A stretch of DNA of 64,000 bases from Escherichia coli (lineage in GTDB: Bacteria > Pseudomonadota > Gammaproteobacteria > Enterobacterales > Enterobacteriaceae), in the NCBI RefSeq assembly GCF_003334405.1, contig NZ_QOWM01000012.1; one strand, written 5' to 3'. The position numbers were made by a program, and so were the translations under genes. The notes under the pieces are model-generated. The model searched no databases. It worked only from the letters and a program-made list of their open reading frames with translations, and was not told the DNA's origin. Shown one piece after another: positions 30,478 through 41,042 of the stretch (positions within the stretch are counted from its first letter, which is position 1; every line of letters starts with the position of its first letter).

Positions 30478-31815
30478 TTACTGTTCTGCCTTTTTGGCAC
30501 AAGGAAAGAGGATTTGCAGGCGGCTTTGCACCAGTTCGAGGGAGGCGGGTTCGCGCATCTCCTGGCGCAAAAATCGCTCAATGGCCGGAAACATTTTCAC
30601 CGCTTTGTCGACGCTGGCGTCGGCACCTGCCACATAGCCGCCGAGCGGGATCAGAGGTTTGATCTCCATATAGGCGGCATAGTTTTGCTTTAACGCGCGG
30701 GCGGATTGCTGATGTTCCAGGCTGGTGACCTGGTTCATGCAGCGGCTGATCGACTGGCCGATATCAATGGCCGGATAGTGCCCCGCTTCCGCCAGTTTGC
30801 GGGTTAATACGATATGCCCGTCCAGCACCGCGCGCGCGCAGTCGACAATCGGATCTTGCTGGTCGTCACCTTCCGCCAGCACGGTGTAGATGGCGGTCAT
30901 CGATCCCGCGCTTTCGCTGTTGCCTGCGCTTTCGACCAGTTTGGGGATCATGCCGAATGCCGATGGCGGATAACCTTTGGTGGCGGGCGGTTCGCCGAGC
31001 GAGAGGGCGATTTCCCGCTGCGCCATCGCGTAGCGGGTCAGGGAATCCACCAGCAGTAAGACGTGATGCCCGCGGTCGCGAAACCAGGCGGCGATGGAGT
31101 GGCACAGTTCGGTGGCTTTCAGACGCATCAGCGGCGATTCATCGGCAGGCGCGACGACGACGATAGACTTTGCCAGCCCGTCCGCGCCCAGCGAGTGGTC
31201 GATAAACTCTTTCACTTCGCGCCCGCGTTCCCCAATCAGCCCAACCACCACGATATCGGCTTTGGTCTGGCGGGTGATCATCCCCAGCAGCACGCTTTTC
31301 CCGACGCCGCTGCCTGCCATTAGTCCGACGCGCTGGCCTTTGCCGATGGTCAGCAGGCCGTTGATCGCTTTCACGCCCACGTCCAGCGGTTCGTCTACCG
31401 AACGACGAGTTAAGGGATTAACCGAGGGCGGCAACGGCGGCAGAAGGTCGTTGCCGTTCAGGCGGCCTTTGCCATCCAGCGGTTCGCCGAGGCCATTCAC
31501 CACGCGGCCTAACCAGCTTTCGCCTATCAGGATGTCGTGGGCTTTTTCTTCCGGGAAGACGCGTGCGCCTGCCATCAGGCCGACCGGCTGTTTAAACGGC
31601 ATTAAATAGGTGATGTCGCGATTAAAGCCCACGGCCTGCGCGTCGATCAGCGTGTGATTGGCACTTTCGATGCGGCACAGCTGCCCGGTCATTAGCGGGC
31701 AGCCGACACTCTCCAGCAGGATGCCGTTAAGGCGCACCAGCCGCCCGGCGACGCGGGCCAGCGGGATCGACTCCAGCGAGCGCAGGGCGTTATCGAACGC
31801 AGAAAAATCACTCAC
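30478..31815 (-). CDS. lfiI: flagellum-specific ATPase LfiI (FliI-like)
   Basis: 445 aa; Walker A GSGVGKS, Walker B region; F1/T3SS ATPase family. Confidence 0.95.
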   Translation of the reverse strand: MSDFSAFDNALRSLESIPLARVAGRLVRLNGILLESVGCPLMTGQLCRIESANHTLIDAQAVGFNRDITYLMPFKQPVGLMAGARVFPEEKAHDILIGESWLGRVVNGLGEPLDGKGRLNGNDLLPPLPPSVNPLTRRSVDEPLDVGVKAINGLLTIGKGQRVGLMAGSGVGKSVLLGMITRQTKADIVVVGLIGERGREVKEFIDHSLGADGLAKSIVVVAPADESPLMRLKATELCHSIAAWFRDRGHHVLLLVDSLTRYAMAQREIALSLGEPPATKGYPPSAFGMIPKLVESAGNSESAGSMTAIYTVLAEGDDQQDPIVDCARAVLDGHIVLTRKLAEAGHYPAIDIGQSISRCMNQVTSLEHQQSARALKQNYAAYMEIKPLIPLGGYVAGADASVDKAVKMFPAIERFLRQEMREPASLELVQSRLQILFPCAKKAEQ

Positions 31816-32518
31816 CCTGCGACTCCGGCGTGAGTGTTTCTTTCAGCGCGGTCATGCATTGTTCAAGGCGATGCTCGCAGCCGATATCCAGTTCGGATTT
31901 GTCGGTGATCACCCGGCATTCGCCCGGTGGCAGATCCGGCGAAGGCGTCAGCCCCCATTCGCTGACCTTTTCCGGCACCGCGTCGCGCAGGCGGTTAAAC
32001 TCTTCCGTACTCAGCATCACTTGCAGGGTTTCCGGCATCGCCGGGAAGGCCGCCAGCGCCTCTTCCACCAGCGCCAGCAACTGCGTCGGTTGCAGCGCCA
32101 GTTCGCAGCGGATCACCTGCCGCGTCACCTTTTCCACCAGTTGCAGCAAATCTTCCCGCTGTTTACGTTCGATATGGGCGAGAAAGTCGTTCACTTTACC
32201 GGTGATGGCTTCCAGCGGCTGCGCCGCCTCAACAAACTGTTTGCGCCCTTCCTGCTGCCCGGCGAGACTGCCTTCGGTGTAGCCCTGGCGTCGCCCCTCG
32301 GCAAAACCTTGCTGATGACCTTCGCTAAAGCCCTGCTCCTGACCTTCGGTCATTCCCTGAGCAAAACCTTTTTGCAGCCCTTCCTGAAAACCGTCCATCA
32401 ACTGGCGCTGGTAATCGGCGGCGCTAATGCTGGCGGTGAGCGGTTCTCCGGTCACCGCACGCTGGCGCGGCGGGAAGCGGTGCAGGCGATAGCGCCCGCG
32501 CAGTGTTTCAATGGTCAT
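31808..32518 (-). CDS. lfiH: export ATPase regulator LfiH (FliH-like)
   Basis: 236 aa; repeated GxxxG-rich stretch (EGLQKGFAQGMTEGQEQGFSEG...) typical of FliH. Confidence 0.75.
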   Translation of the reverse strand: MTIETLRGRYRLHRFPPRQRAVTGEPLTASISAADYQRQLMDGFQEGLQKGFAQGMTEGQEQGFSEGHQQGFAEGRRQGYTEGSLAGQQEGRKQFVEAAQPLEAITGKVNDFLAHIERKQREDLLQLVEKVTRQVIRCELALQPTQLLALVEEALAAFPAMPETLQVMLSTEEFNRLRDAVPEKVSEWGLTPSPDLPPGECRVITDKSELDIGCEHRLEQCMTALKETLTPESQGE

Positions 32519-32521
32519 GGG

Positions 32522-33532
32522 TTACTCCGCCGTCTGTTCCGCAAAGAGCTGTAGCTGAATTTCGCCCGCCTCTTCCAGTTCACGGGCGATGCCCATGATT
32601 TCGCGGCGGATCTGTTCGATACGGCTGACCGGCACCGGCCCCAGGCGCGCGGTGATCGCTTCCAGTTGTTGCACCTGACGTTTTGGCATTACCGCGTAAA
32701 TCGAGCGCCGCAACAGGGCTTCGGTGCCTTTCAGCGCCACCGCCCAGTCTTCCATCGGCACTTCGTCGAGCAGACGTCGACGTACCTCTTCGTTCTGGCG
32801 GCTGAGGATAAAGAAGTCGTACATCTCATCCTGGAGCTGCTCCAGCACCTCTTCGTCGCGCTCGCGCATCTGGTCGAGGATCACCTGCTGGTTACCCTGG
32901 AAGCGGTTGACGATATCCGCCGCCTGTTTGATGCCTTTCACCTTCGAGCCATGTTCAGAGAGCACCGACAGGCCGCGTTCGATCAGCCTGTCCAGTTCAT
33001 CCACCACGTCGCGGTTAACGTCGTTGAGTTTCGCCACCCGATAGAGAATTTCGTTTTGCACCGATTCATTGAGATACGAGAGCACCGCCGCCGAGATTTC
33101 CGGCGTCAGAAACGCGAGGAACACCGCCTGTAATTGCAAATGCTCTTCGGAGATCAGCATCGCCAGCTGGCGTGGTTCCACCCATTGCAGGCGCGCCATC
33201 CGCGAGCGGATCTCATCGCCGTAGATGCCGTTGATCACGCTGCTGGCGATCTCGGTGCCGAGGGCTTTGTTGAGAATACCCTGCAACATGGATCGCGATG
33301 CGCCGTTGATCCCGCTCTGTTCGCGGAACTCATCAAAGAAGTTATTGATCACTTTGCGCGCCATGCTGGTTTTGACGCCGGAAAGCCGCGCCATGTTTTC
33401 GCTCAGGCGCACTACTTCTTCGCGGCTGAGTTTTTGCATCACCGTCGCCGCCGCCTCTTCGCCCAGACACAGCAGCAGGATCGCCGCCTGTTCCAGGTAG
33501 CTGTTGCTCTTATTTGTTGTCAATTCGCTCAT
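32522..33532 (-). CDS. lfiG: rotor/switch protein LfiG (FliG-like)
   Basis: 336 aa; FliG family, follows fliF-like gene. Confidence 0.9.
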   Translation of the reverse strand: MSELTTNKSNSYLEQAAILLLCLGEEAAATVMQKLSREEVVRLSENMARLSGVKTSMARKVINNFFDEFREQSGINGASRSMLQGILNKALGTEIASSVINGIYGDEIRSRMARLQWVEPRQLAMLISEEHLQLQAVFLAFLTPEISAAVLSYLNESVQNEILYRVAKLNDVNRDVVDELDRLIERGLSVLSEHGSKVKGIKQAADIVNRFQGNQQVILDQMRERDEEVLEQLQDEMYDFFILSRQNEEVRRRLLDEVPMEDWAVALKGTEALLRRSIYAVMPKRQVQQLEAITARLGPVPVSRIEQIRREIMGIARELEEAGEIQLQLFAEQTAE

Positions 33533-35156
33533 TGCTGGTGATCCATTGTCTGAGAACTTCGGCTACGCGATCGGTGTCGCTCATGGCCAGTTTTTGCAGG
33601 AACTCGAGTTTCACTTCGAGGCCGGAACTCTGCGAAGGCAGGCTGTCATCGCCGGGCAGCGACGGCAGATCGACGTTTTTGCGCTCCTCTTCCGGCATAG
33701 CGATCCACGGTTCGCTGACAGCTTCCGGTTCTGGTGTGATAACCGGCGCACGCACCGCCGTCAGGCGTTTCATTACCGGGCGCACCACAAAGAACAGCAA
33801 CAACAGCGCCAGCAGGCCGCAGCCAATCAGCCGCACCCAGGCCAGCACGCTGTCATCTTTCCACAGCGGGATCACCGGTTCGACCGGGACCACCTGCGGG
33901 ACAAAGTTAAGCAGTGAAAGCGTCAGGTTATCTCCACGTTGCGCGTCGATCCCGGCGGCATTGTTCAGCAACGCGGTAAGCTGCGTGGTCTGTTCCGGCT
34001 TCCAGTTTTTCAGCGCCGGGGCGTTTTGATTGAGCACCACCGCCACGTTGAGGCGTTTCACCGCAAAGCCGGGATGCTGAATATGCTGGACGCTGCGGTC
34101 GTAAGAGTAATCGCGCTTGCTTTCGCTGTGTTTGGATAACGCTTCCGGCGAGCGATTTTCTTCCGTGCCGTTGGTCATCTGATTCGCCGCAACCGGCGGA
34201 CGGTTGCTGAGAGAGCCGGGCACACCCATCGCCACCTGATTGGTGTCGCTGTCCAGCACGCTCTCTTCGCGGTTTATTTTCGGCGCGTCTCCGTAGTGTT
34301 CCTGAGTTTCGTCGATGGTGCTGAGGTCGAGATCCGGCATCACGCTGACACGGTAATTCCCGCTGCCGACCAGCGAATCCAGCACGTTCGCCACGCTGGC
34401 GCGGGTTTTGTCCTGAATGTCTTTGAGGATCTGATCGCGTTTACGGGTAGCGGCAGAGACCGCCTCGCCCGCGCCAATGCCGTCGGTTAGCAGATTTCCC
34501 GCCTGATCGACGACGCTGACTTTGCTGGCCTGCAGCCCCGGAATACTGCCGGAAACCAGATGCACGATGGCGTTCACCTGGTCCATATTCAGCTTCGCGC
34601 CGTAGTGCAGACGCACCACCACCGAGGCGCTGTTTTGCGGCTCATCGCTGACCACAAACGAGCTTTCTTCGTTGAGCGCCAGATGCACCCGCGCGCTCTC
34701 CACCGCGTCCAGCGACATAATGCTCTGCGCCAGCTCCCCTTCGAGGCTGCGTTTATAGCGCACGTTCTGCACGAACTGGCTGCTGCCGAGCACTTCGTCT
34801 TTGTCCATCAGCTCGTAGCCGCTGGGCAATATCGCCTGCACGCCTTTCGCGGCAAGGGTCATACGCGTTTTCGACAGTTCATCTTCCGGCACCAGAATCT
34901 GCCCGCTCTGCGGGTCGATGCGGTAGCTGAGCTTTTCGCCGTCCAGCACCGTGACAATCTGCGACACGGGCAGATTTTCCTGGCGTCCGTAGAGCGAAAC
35001 GTAGCCGCGATTACCGGTCCACAGCACGCTGACGATAATCGCCGTCGCCGCCACGGCAAGCCCCACTCCCGCCATCAACGCCCAGCGTTTGTTATCTACG
35101 AGACGCAGTCGAAACGCCGGAAACGCCTGGGTTAACTTCTTTATTTGTGCATTCAT
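33510..35156 (-). CDS. lfiF: MS-ring protein LfiF (FliF-like)
   Basis: 548 aa with N- and C-proximal TM helices. Confidence 0.9.
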   Translation of the reverse strand: MNAQIKKLTQAFPAFRLRLVDNKRWALMAGVGLAVAATAIIVSVLWTGNRGYVSLYGRQENLPVSQIVTVLDGEKLSYRIDPQSGQILVPEDELSKTRMTLAAKGVQAILPSGYELMDKDEVLGSSQFVQNVRYKRSLEGELAQSIMSLDAVESARVHLALNEESSFVVSDEPQNSASVVVRLHYGAKLNMDQVNAIVHLVSGSIPGLQASKVSVVDQAGNLLTDGIGAGEAVSAATRKRDQILKDIQDKTRASVANVLDSLVGSGNYRVSVMPDLDLSTIDETQEHYGDAPKINREESVLDSDTNQVAMGVPGSLSNRPPVAANQMTNGTEENRSPEALSKHSESKRDYSYDRSVQHIQHPGFAVKRLNVAVVLNQNAPALKNWKPEQTTQLTALLNNAAGIDAQRGDNLTLSLLNFVPQVVPVEPVIPLWKDDSVLAWVRLIGCGLLALLLLFFVVRPVMKRLTAVRAPVITPEPEAVSEPWIAMPEEERKNVDLPSLPGDDSLPSQSSGLEVKLEFLQKLAMSDTDRVAEVLRQWITSNERIDNK

Positions 35157-35160
35157 AGGG

Positions 35161-35502
35161 TTAGATCGACATACTCATCAGGTCGTTAAACCCGGTGGCG
35201 ATTTTATTGCGCACCTGCACCAGCGCGGAGAAAGAGAGCGACGCCTGCTGGCTGGCGATCATCGCACCTGCCAGGTCATCACTTTTGCCCGTGTCGACAG
35301 CCGTTTGCTGCTGCTCCGCCACCTGCTGGAACTGATCAACATGACCAAGCGCGCCGTACATAATGCGGTTAAACGACACGTCCGGGTCTGTGGAACTGAA
35401 GGTCATGGCGGGTAGCACCGGCGCCTGGGCGTTGGCCTGCATCCGCTGCACGTCCTGCATGATTTGCGCCTGCATGGTGCTGTTGATTGTGGTAATGCTC
35501 AT
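35161..35502 (-). CDS. lfiE: basal body protein LfiE (FliE-like)
   Basis: 113 aa, 14 nt downstream of lafK. Confidence 0.8.
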   Translation of the reverse strand: MSITTINSTMQAQIMQDVQRMQANAQAPVLPAMTFSSTDPDVSFNRIMYGALGHVDQFQQVAEQQQTAVDTGKSDDLAGAMIASQQASLSFSALVQVRNKIATGFNDLMSMSI

Positions 35503-35516
35503 TTTTAACTTCCGGG

Positions 35517-36503
35517 TCAGGAGAAAACTTCGATACCTTGCTTGCGCATGGAGGCCAGTCGATAGCGCAGTGCGCGCGGGGTAATGCCTAACAGGTCGGC
35601 GATTTTGCTGCGGTTGCCCTGATATTTACGCATCAGGTCAGCGATATATTGATACTGGGCGCTTCGTCCGTGCTGGCCCAAATCGCTGGTTTCGGCAATG
35701 TGGACGGCGGGCTGAACAGGCCATTGCAGTTCGCTGCGGTCGGCAACGTCCGTTTCCGGCAGGCCTAAGGCATCCGGGTAAATCACGCCGTCGCGATTTA
35801 AAATCATTCCCCGCTGAATGGCGTTCTCCAGCTGGCGCACGTTGCCGGGCCAGCGGTAATTGAGCAGCGCCCGGCGGGTAGATTCTGAAAGGGTGATATT
35901 TTTCACCAGCACCGTGGAGTACTTTTTTATAAATGACTCTGCCAGCGGAATAATATCGTTCAGACGTTCACGCAGTGGCGGCATGGTAATAGGAATAACC
36001 GCCAGACGATAATAGAGATCTTCACGAAAACGCCCGGCAGCCACTTCCTGTTCAAGGTTTTTATTGGTGCAGGCAATCAGGCGAAAATTGAGTTTAATTT
36101 GTCGGTTGCTGCCTAATCGCTCAACCTGTTGCTCCTGCAATACGCGTAATATTTTGGCCTGTAGCGCCAGCGGCATATCGCCAATTTCATCGAGTAATAA
36201 GGTGCCGTTATTCGCTAGTTCCATTTTTCCTGGCACACTGGCAATTGCGCCGGTAAATGCGCCTTTGTCGTAGCCAAATAATGTAGCTTCCAGCATGTTT
36301 TCCGGGATCGCTGCACAGTTCACGCCGATATAGGGCGCGTTATCATTTTCACCAAAGGCTACGGTGTGAATATATTTCGCCACGCATTCTTTGCCCGCGC
36401 CGGTTTCGCCCTGAATGAGCACCGGCACGTTAAATGCGGCGACACGCTTTGCCAGAGTAAAAGCGTTAATGCTGGAAGCGGCAGTTGCAATAAGTTCAGA
36501 CAT
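35517..36503 (-). CDS. lafK: sigma-54-dependent transcriptional activator LafK (no receiver domain)
   Basis: 328 aa: AAA+ domain with GETGAGKE Walker A, GAFTGA sigma-54 contact motif, C-terminal HTH. Confidence 0.85.
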   Translation of the reverse strand: MSELIATAASSINAFTLAKRVAAFNVPVLIQGETGAGKECVAKYIHTVAFGENDNAPYIGVNCAAIPENMLEATLFGYDKGAFTGAIASVPGKMELANNGTLLLDEIGDMPLALQAKILRVLQEQQVERLGSNRQIKLNFRLIACTNKNLEQEVAAGRFREDLYYRLAVIPITMPPLRERLNDIIPLAESFIKKYSTVLVKNITLSESTRRALLNYRWPGNVRQLENAIQRGMILNRDGVIYPDALGLPETDVADRSELQWPVQPAVHIAETSDLGQHGRSAQYQYIADLMRKYQGNRSKIADLLGITPRALRYRLASMRKQGIEVFS

Positions 36504-36626
36504 AGGGTGAACGATATCAGTAGCGACAGAAAACAGGATATTGTGAAGCGTATCACCGGCGGGATTAACAAGTTCGAATTAAACGATAATAAAAATATTA
36601 TTTTATGGTAAACAATGAGTTATCCA

Positions 36627-36710
<84 letters not shown>

Positions 36711-36889
36711 GGTTCGTGCAATGTGTTATGACGATGCCTGATATCTAGCCCTTTAATAATTTAATTATTTTTTCATCCTATTAATAATTTGCCCCTTTCA
36801 CTCCCCCTCTATTTAATACCTCACCTTGTGTCACTGCCGGATTTGCGTGCACAAAATCGCCCATACCATTACAGCAGAGAAAGTAAGCC

Positions 36890-37741
36890 ATGCTGAAGTA
36901 CAGTAAAACGCCAGGCATCTTTAAATTAGAAGGTAATCGGCTCGGACGCCCCTACCATCACCTGCCGACCCTGTTTACGGGGAATTTTGACGTGATTGAT
37001 TCGCATCTGGGCAGCTACTTTCTCAAAAAGCATCGCAGCAATATCACCTTAAAAAAGATTGGCTGCGAAATGGATATTATTAATAAAAACGCTGAACTAA
37101 TGATTTCCCAGGTCGGGCATCTGGCGTTTGATATTGATCGCTCCTTGCTGTTAATGCTGCTGGGCAATTTTTATGGTCTGGAGTCGTCTCTTGAAGAGGC
37201 GAAAGCGCATAACGGCCTGCCGACCAAAACCGAAACACGATTAAAGAACCGACTCGCGCTGGATATCTGCACGCTGATATTTAATCTGCAAACCTCCGGT
37301 ATTGCGCTGAAATTAAAGCTGGACAGCAGCACGGTGATTACCCACTGGGCGTATCAATTAACCTTTACCCTTGCGGGCGATGAAGAGAGCTGTTTTCGTA
37401 TTTTGCTCGACGACGCCCACACCGATTTTATTTTAAATCTGATCCGCCACAGCGAGCACAGTAAACCGCAGCAGGTGGCGAAATCCGTCAATAAACCGGC
37501 CCTGATTAAAGAGATCATCCGCTCCCTGCCGCTGACCCTGAACGTCAAAATCGCCGAGCTATCGATGAATGTCGCGGATCTCACGCAGATAAAAGCCGGG
37601 GATATTTTACCCATCTCGCTGGGAGAAACGTTCCCGGTGGCGATTGGGCAATCTGAATTATTTAGCGCCCTGATTGTGGAAGACAAAGACAAACTGTTTT
37701 TGTCGGAGCTGGCGGGCAAAAATGAGAATAGCCATGAGTAA
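36890..37741 (+). CDS. lfiM: switch protein LfiM (FliM-like)
   Basis: 283 aa, position upstream of fliN-like gene, C-terminal SpoA-like region. Confidence 0.7.
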   Translation: MLKYSKTPGIFKLEGNRLGRPYHHLPTLFTGNFDVIDSHLGSYFLKKHRSNITLKKIGCEMDIINKNAELMISQVGHLAFDIDRSLLLMLLGNFYGLESSLEEAKAHNGLPTKTETRLKNRLALDICTLIFNLQTSGIALKLKLDSSTVITHWAYQLTFTLAGDEESCFRILLDDAHTDFILNLIRHSEHSKPQQVAKSVNKPALIKEIIRSLPLTLNVKIAELSMNVADLTQIKAGDILPISLGETFPVAIGQSELFSALIVEDKDKLFLSELAGKNENSHE

Positions 37742-38105
37742 GCAAGAAGATATTTTAGCCGGGGATTTTGGCCTCACCGATGAAGTTGCGCCTGTCGCAA
37801 AATCCGCCGACGCTGAAACGCTGGTCACCCGCCTGGAAGACCGTTTTTCCGACTCGATGACGCTGCTAAAACGCATTCCGGTGACCTTAACGCTGGAAGT
37901 GTCGTCGGTGGAGATCATGTTAGCCGACCTCCTTAACATCGACGACGACACGGTGATTGAGCTGGATAAACTCGCCGGGGAGCCGCTGGATATTAAAGTG
38001 AACAATATCCTGCTGGGCAAAGCGGAAGTGGTGGTGGTCAACGAGAAGTACGGCCTGCGCGTGCTGGAATTTAACACCCGCGATATCAACGACCTGGCAC
38101 CATGA
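37734..38105 (+). CDS. lfiN: switch protein LfiN (FliN-like)
   Basis: SpoA domain (…LEVSSVEIMLADLLNIDDDTVIELDKLAGEPLDIKVNNILLGKAEVVVVNEKYGLRVLEF); start ambiguous (37722 or 37734). Confidence 0.8.
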   Translation: MSKQEDILAGDFGLTDEVAPVAKSADAETLVTRLEDRFSDSMTLLKRIPVTLTLEVSSVEIMLADLLNIDDDTVIELDKLAGEPLDIKVNNILLGKAEVVVVNEKYGLRVLEFNTRDINDLAP

Positions 38106-38854
38106 AACGCCGCACTCAACTGACGCTGGGCCTTGGGCTGCTGGCGCTTGCGCCGCTGGCAATCGCCCAGGGCGGCGATATTGCGCTGCTTAACGTGGTC
38201 ACCCACGGCAACACTCAGGAGTACAGCGTCAAAATTCAGGTACTGATTCTGATGACCCTCGTCGGTTTGCTGCCGACGATGGCGCTGATGATGACCTGCT
38301 TTGCGCGCTTTATTATCGTGCTGTCGCTGCTGCGCCAGGCGCTAGGGCTGCAACAAACGCCGCCAAACCGCATTCTGATTGGCATTGCGCTCTCCCTCAC
38401 CATGCTGGTGATGCGCCCCATCTGGCTCAATATTTACGACCACGCAGTAGTGCCGTTCGAAAACGATCAGATTACCCTGACCGATGCGTTAAGCACCGCC
38501 GCGACGCCACTCAAACGCTTTATGCTGGCGCAGACCGACAAAAAAGCGATGGCGCAAATCATGACCATCGGAGGCGCGAAGGGCAATGCCGCCGACCAGG
38601 ATCTCTCTATCGTGGTGCCCGCCTATGTGTTGAGCGAGCTGAAAACCGCTTTCCAGATTGGCTTTATGATTTACATCCCGTTTCTGGTTATCGACCTGAT
38701 TGTCGCAAGCGTACTGATGGCGATGGGGATGATGATGCTGTCGCCGCTGATTGTTTCGCTGCCCTTTAAGCTGATGCTGTTTGTGCTGATCGACGGCTGG
38801 TCGCTGACCATCGGCACGCTCACCACCAGCATTCGCGGGCTGGGGCTGGGCTGA
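38102..38854 (+). CDS. lfiP: export gate protein LfiP (FliP-like)
   Basis: 250 aa, signal peptide plus TM helices, FliP family. Confidence 0.9.
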   Translation: MKRRTQLTLGLGLLALAPLAIAQGGDIALLNVVTHGNTQEYSVKIQVLILMTLVGLLPTMALMMTCFARFIIVLSLLRQALGLQQTPPNRILIGIALSLTMLVMRPIWLNIYDHAVVPFENDQITLTDALSTAATPLKRFMLAQTDKKAMAQIMTIGGAKGNAADQDLSIVVPAYVLSELKTAFQIGFMIYIPFLVIDLIVASVLMAMGMMMLSPLIVSLPFKLMLFVLIDGWSLTIGTLTTSIRGLGLG

Positions 38855-38856
38855 TT

Positions 38857-39129
38857 ATGTTGACCGTAGACGTTGCCGCCGACATTGTCGCCAGCGGCAT
38901 AAAAGTAGTGATTTTGCTGGTTTCGGTACTGGTGGTGCCGAGTTTGCTGGTCGGCCTGCTGGTGAGCGTGTTCCAGGCGGTAACGCAGATTAACGAACAG
39001 ACCCTGAGCTTTTTGCCGAGGCTGATTGTCACGCTGGTGGTGCTGGGCGTGTGCGGCAAATGGATGATTATCCAGTTGCATGATCTCTGCATTCACCTGT
39101 TTACCCAGGCCGCCCTGCTGGTGCATTAA
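38857..39129 (+). CDS. lfiQ: export gate protein LfiQ (FliQ-like)
   Basis: 90 aa, two TM helices. Confidence 0.9.
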   Translation: MLTVDVAADIVASGIKVVILLVSVLVVPSLLVGLLVSVFQAVTQINEQTLSFLPRLIVTLVVLGVCGKWMIIQLHDLCIHLFTQAALLVH

Positions 39130-39130
39130 G

Positions 39131-39913
39131 ATGCGCACAAGCGACGTTACGCAACTGATGGATCTGGCGCTGGGGCTGTGGTTTCCCTTTGTGCGCATTA
39201 TGGCGTTTCTGCGCTATGTGCCAGTGCTGGATAACAGCGCCCTGACCGTGCGCGTGCGGATTATTTTGTCGCTGGCGCTGGCAATCATCATCACGCCGTT
39301 AATTCCGCATCCCATTCCCCACGACCTGCTTTCACTCAACAGCCTGATCCTGACGGTGGAGCAAATTTTATGGGGCATGTTATTCGGGCTGATGTTTCAG
39401 TTTTTGTTTCTGGCGCTACAGCTGGCCGGGCAAATTCTCTCGTTCAATATGGGGATGAGCATGGCGGTGATGAACGACCCGAGCAGTGGCGCATCGACCA
39501 CCGTGCTGGCGGAGCTCATCAACGTCTACGCGATCCTGCTGTTTTTTGCCATGGACGGGCATCTGCTGCTGGTGAGTGTGCTGTATAAGGGCTTTACCTA
39601 CTGGCCGATTGGCAACGCGCTGCATCCGCAAACCCTGCGCACCATCGCGCTGGCCTTTAGCTGGGTGCTGGCGTCCGCATCGCTGCTGGCGCTGCCAACC
39701 ACTTTTATCATGCTGATTGTGCAGGGCTGCTTTGGCCTGCTCAACCGCATTGCGCCGCCGCTGAACCTTTTTTCACTCGGTTTTCCCATCAACATGCTGG
39801 CGGGGCTGGTCTGCTTTGCCACCCTGCTCTACAACCTGCCGGATCACTATCTGCATCTGGCGAATTTTGTGTTGCAGCAACTCGACGCGCTGAAAGGTCA
39901 CTATGGCGGATAG
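39131..39913 (+). CDS. lfiR: export gate protein LfiR (FliR-like)
   Basis: 260 aa polytopic membrane protein; ATG 1 nt after lfiQ stop. Confidence 0.85.
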   Translation: MRTSDVTQLMDLALGLWFPFVRIMAFLRYVPVLDNSALTVRVRIILSLALAIIITPLIPHPIPHDLLSLNSLILTVEQILWGMLFGLMFQFLFLALQLAGQILSFNMGMSMAVMNDPSSGASTTVLAELINVYAILLFFAMDGHLLLVSVLYKGFTYWPIGNALHPQTLRTIALAFSWVLASASLLALPTTFIMLIVQGCFGLLNRIAPPLNLFSLGFPINMLAGLVCFATLLYNLPDHYLHLANFVLQQLDALKGHYGG

Positions 39914-41042
39914 CAGCAGCGAAGAAAAAACAGAAAAACCCTCGGCGCAAAAGCTGCGTAAAGCGCGTGAAGAGGGGCAACTGCCGCGCTCGAAGGATAT
40001 GGGGCTGGCGGCGAGCCTGTTTGCGGCGTTTGTGGTGATCTCCAGCAGCTTCCCGTGGTATGCCGATTTTGTGCGCGAGAGTTTTATCAGCGTGCATCAG
40101 TACGCGCAGGAGATTAATAACCCGGAGGTGATCGGCCAGTTTCTGCGCCATCACCTGTTAATACTCGGCAAGTTTATTCTCACCTTGCTGCCGATGCCCG
40201 CTGCCGCGCTACTCTCTTCGCTGGTGCCCGGCGGCTGGCTGTTTCTGCCGAAAAAAATCCTCCCGGATTTCAGCAAAATCAGCCCGTTAAAAGGCATTGG
40301 GCGGCTGTTTTCCAGTGAACATCTGGCGGAAACGGGAAAGATGACGGTGAAGTCGGTGGTGGTGCTGGTGATGCTGTGGGTAAGCCTGCGCAATAACTTT
40401 GCCGCCTTTCTCGGCCTGCAGGCGCTACCGTTCAAACTGGCGATGAATGAGGGTTTATCGCTCTACGCCTGCGTGATGCGCAACTTTGTCATCCTGTTTA
40501 TCTTCTTTGCGTTAATCGACGTGCCGCTGGCGAAAGCCCTGTTTACCAAAGGGCTGAAGATGACCAAACAGGAGCTGAAAGAAGAGTATAAAAACCAGGA
40601 AGGCAAGCCGGAAGTGAAGGCGCGCGTGCGGCGTCTGCAACGGCAGTTGGCGATGGGGCAAATTCGCAAAGTGGTGCCGAAAGCCAACGTGGTGATCACC
40701 AACCCGACCCACTACGCCGTGGCGTTGCAGTATGACTCGTCGCGCGCCGCCGCGCCGTTTGTGGTGGCGAAAGGCACCGATGAAATCGCCCTCTATATTC
40801 GCCAGGTCGCCGCTGAGAATCAGGTGGAAGTGGTCGAGTTCCCGCGACTGGCGCGCTCGGTTTACTACACCACCCAGGTGAACCAGCAAATTCCGTTTCA
40901 GCTTTACCGGGCCATCGCCCACGTTCTGACCTACGTCCTGCAAATGAAACACTGGCGCGAGGGTGCACAGCCGCGCCCGGCCCTGAACAGACATATTTCC
41001 ATTCCCAAAGAGGTGCTTAAACTGGATGGCGAAAACAACTAA
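39903..41042 (+). CDS. lfhB: export switch protein LfhB (FlhB-like)
   Basis: 379 aa; NPTH autocleavage motif (VITNPTHYAVAL). Confidence 0.9.
   Translation: MADSSSEEKTEKPSAQKLRKAREEGQLPRSKDMGLAASLFAAFVVISSSFPWYADFVRESFISVHQYAQEINNPEVIGQFLRHHLLILGKFILTLLPMPAAALLSSLVPGGWLFLPKKILPDFSKISPLKGIGRLFSSEHLAETGKMTVKSVVVLVMLWVSLRNNFAAFLGLQALPFKLAMNEGLSLYACVMRNFVILFIFFALIDVPLAKALFTKGLKMTKQELKEEYKNQEGKPEVKARVRRLQRQLAMGQIRKVVPKANVVITNPTHYAVALQYDSSRAAAPFVVAKGTDEIALYIRQVAAENQVEVVEFPRLARSVYYTTQVNQQIPFQLYRAIAHVLTYVLQMKHWREGAQPRPALNRHISIPKEVLKLDGENN

Noticed and set aside
31658-32554. 298-aa plus-strand ORF antisense to lfiH/lfiG
   Set aside because: Arg/Ala/Leu-rich low-complexity translation typical of a shadow frame in GC-rich coding DNA; the opposite strand encodes well-conserved FliH/FliG-like proteins
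36711-36889. Possible sigma-54 or sigma-28 promoter upstream of lfiM (tgtcactgccggatttgcg)
   Set aside because: GG/GC spacing is off by one for sigma-54 and the -35 region does not fit sigma-28; not confident enough to annotate
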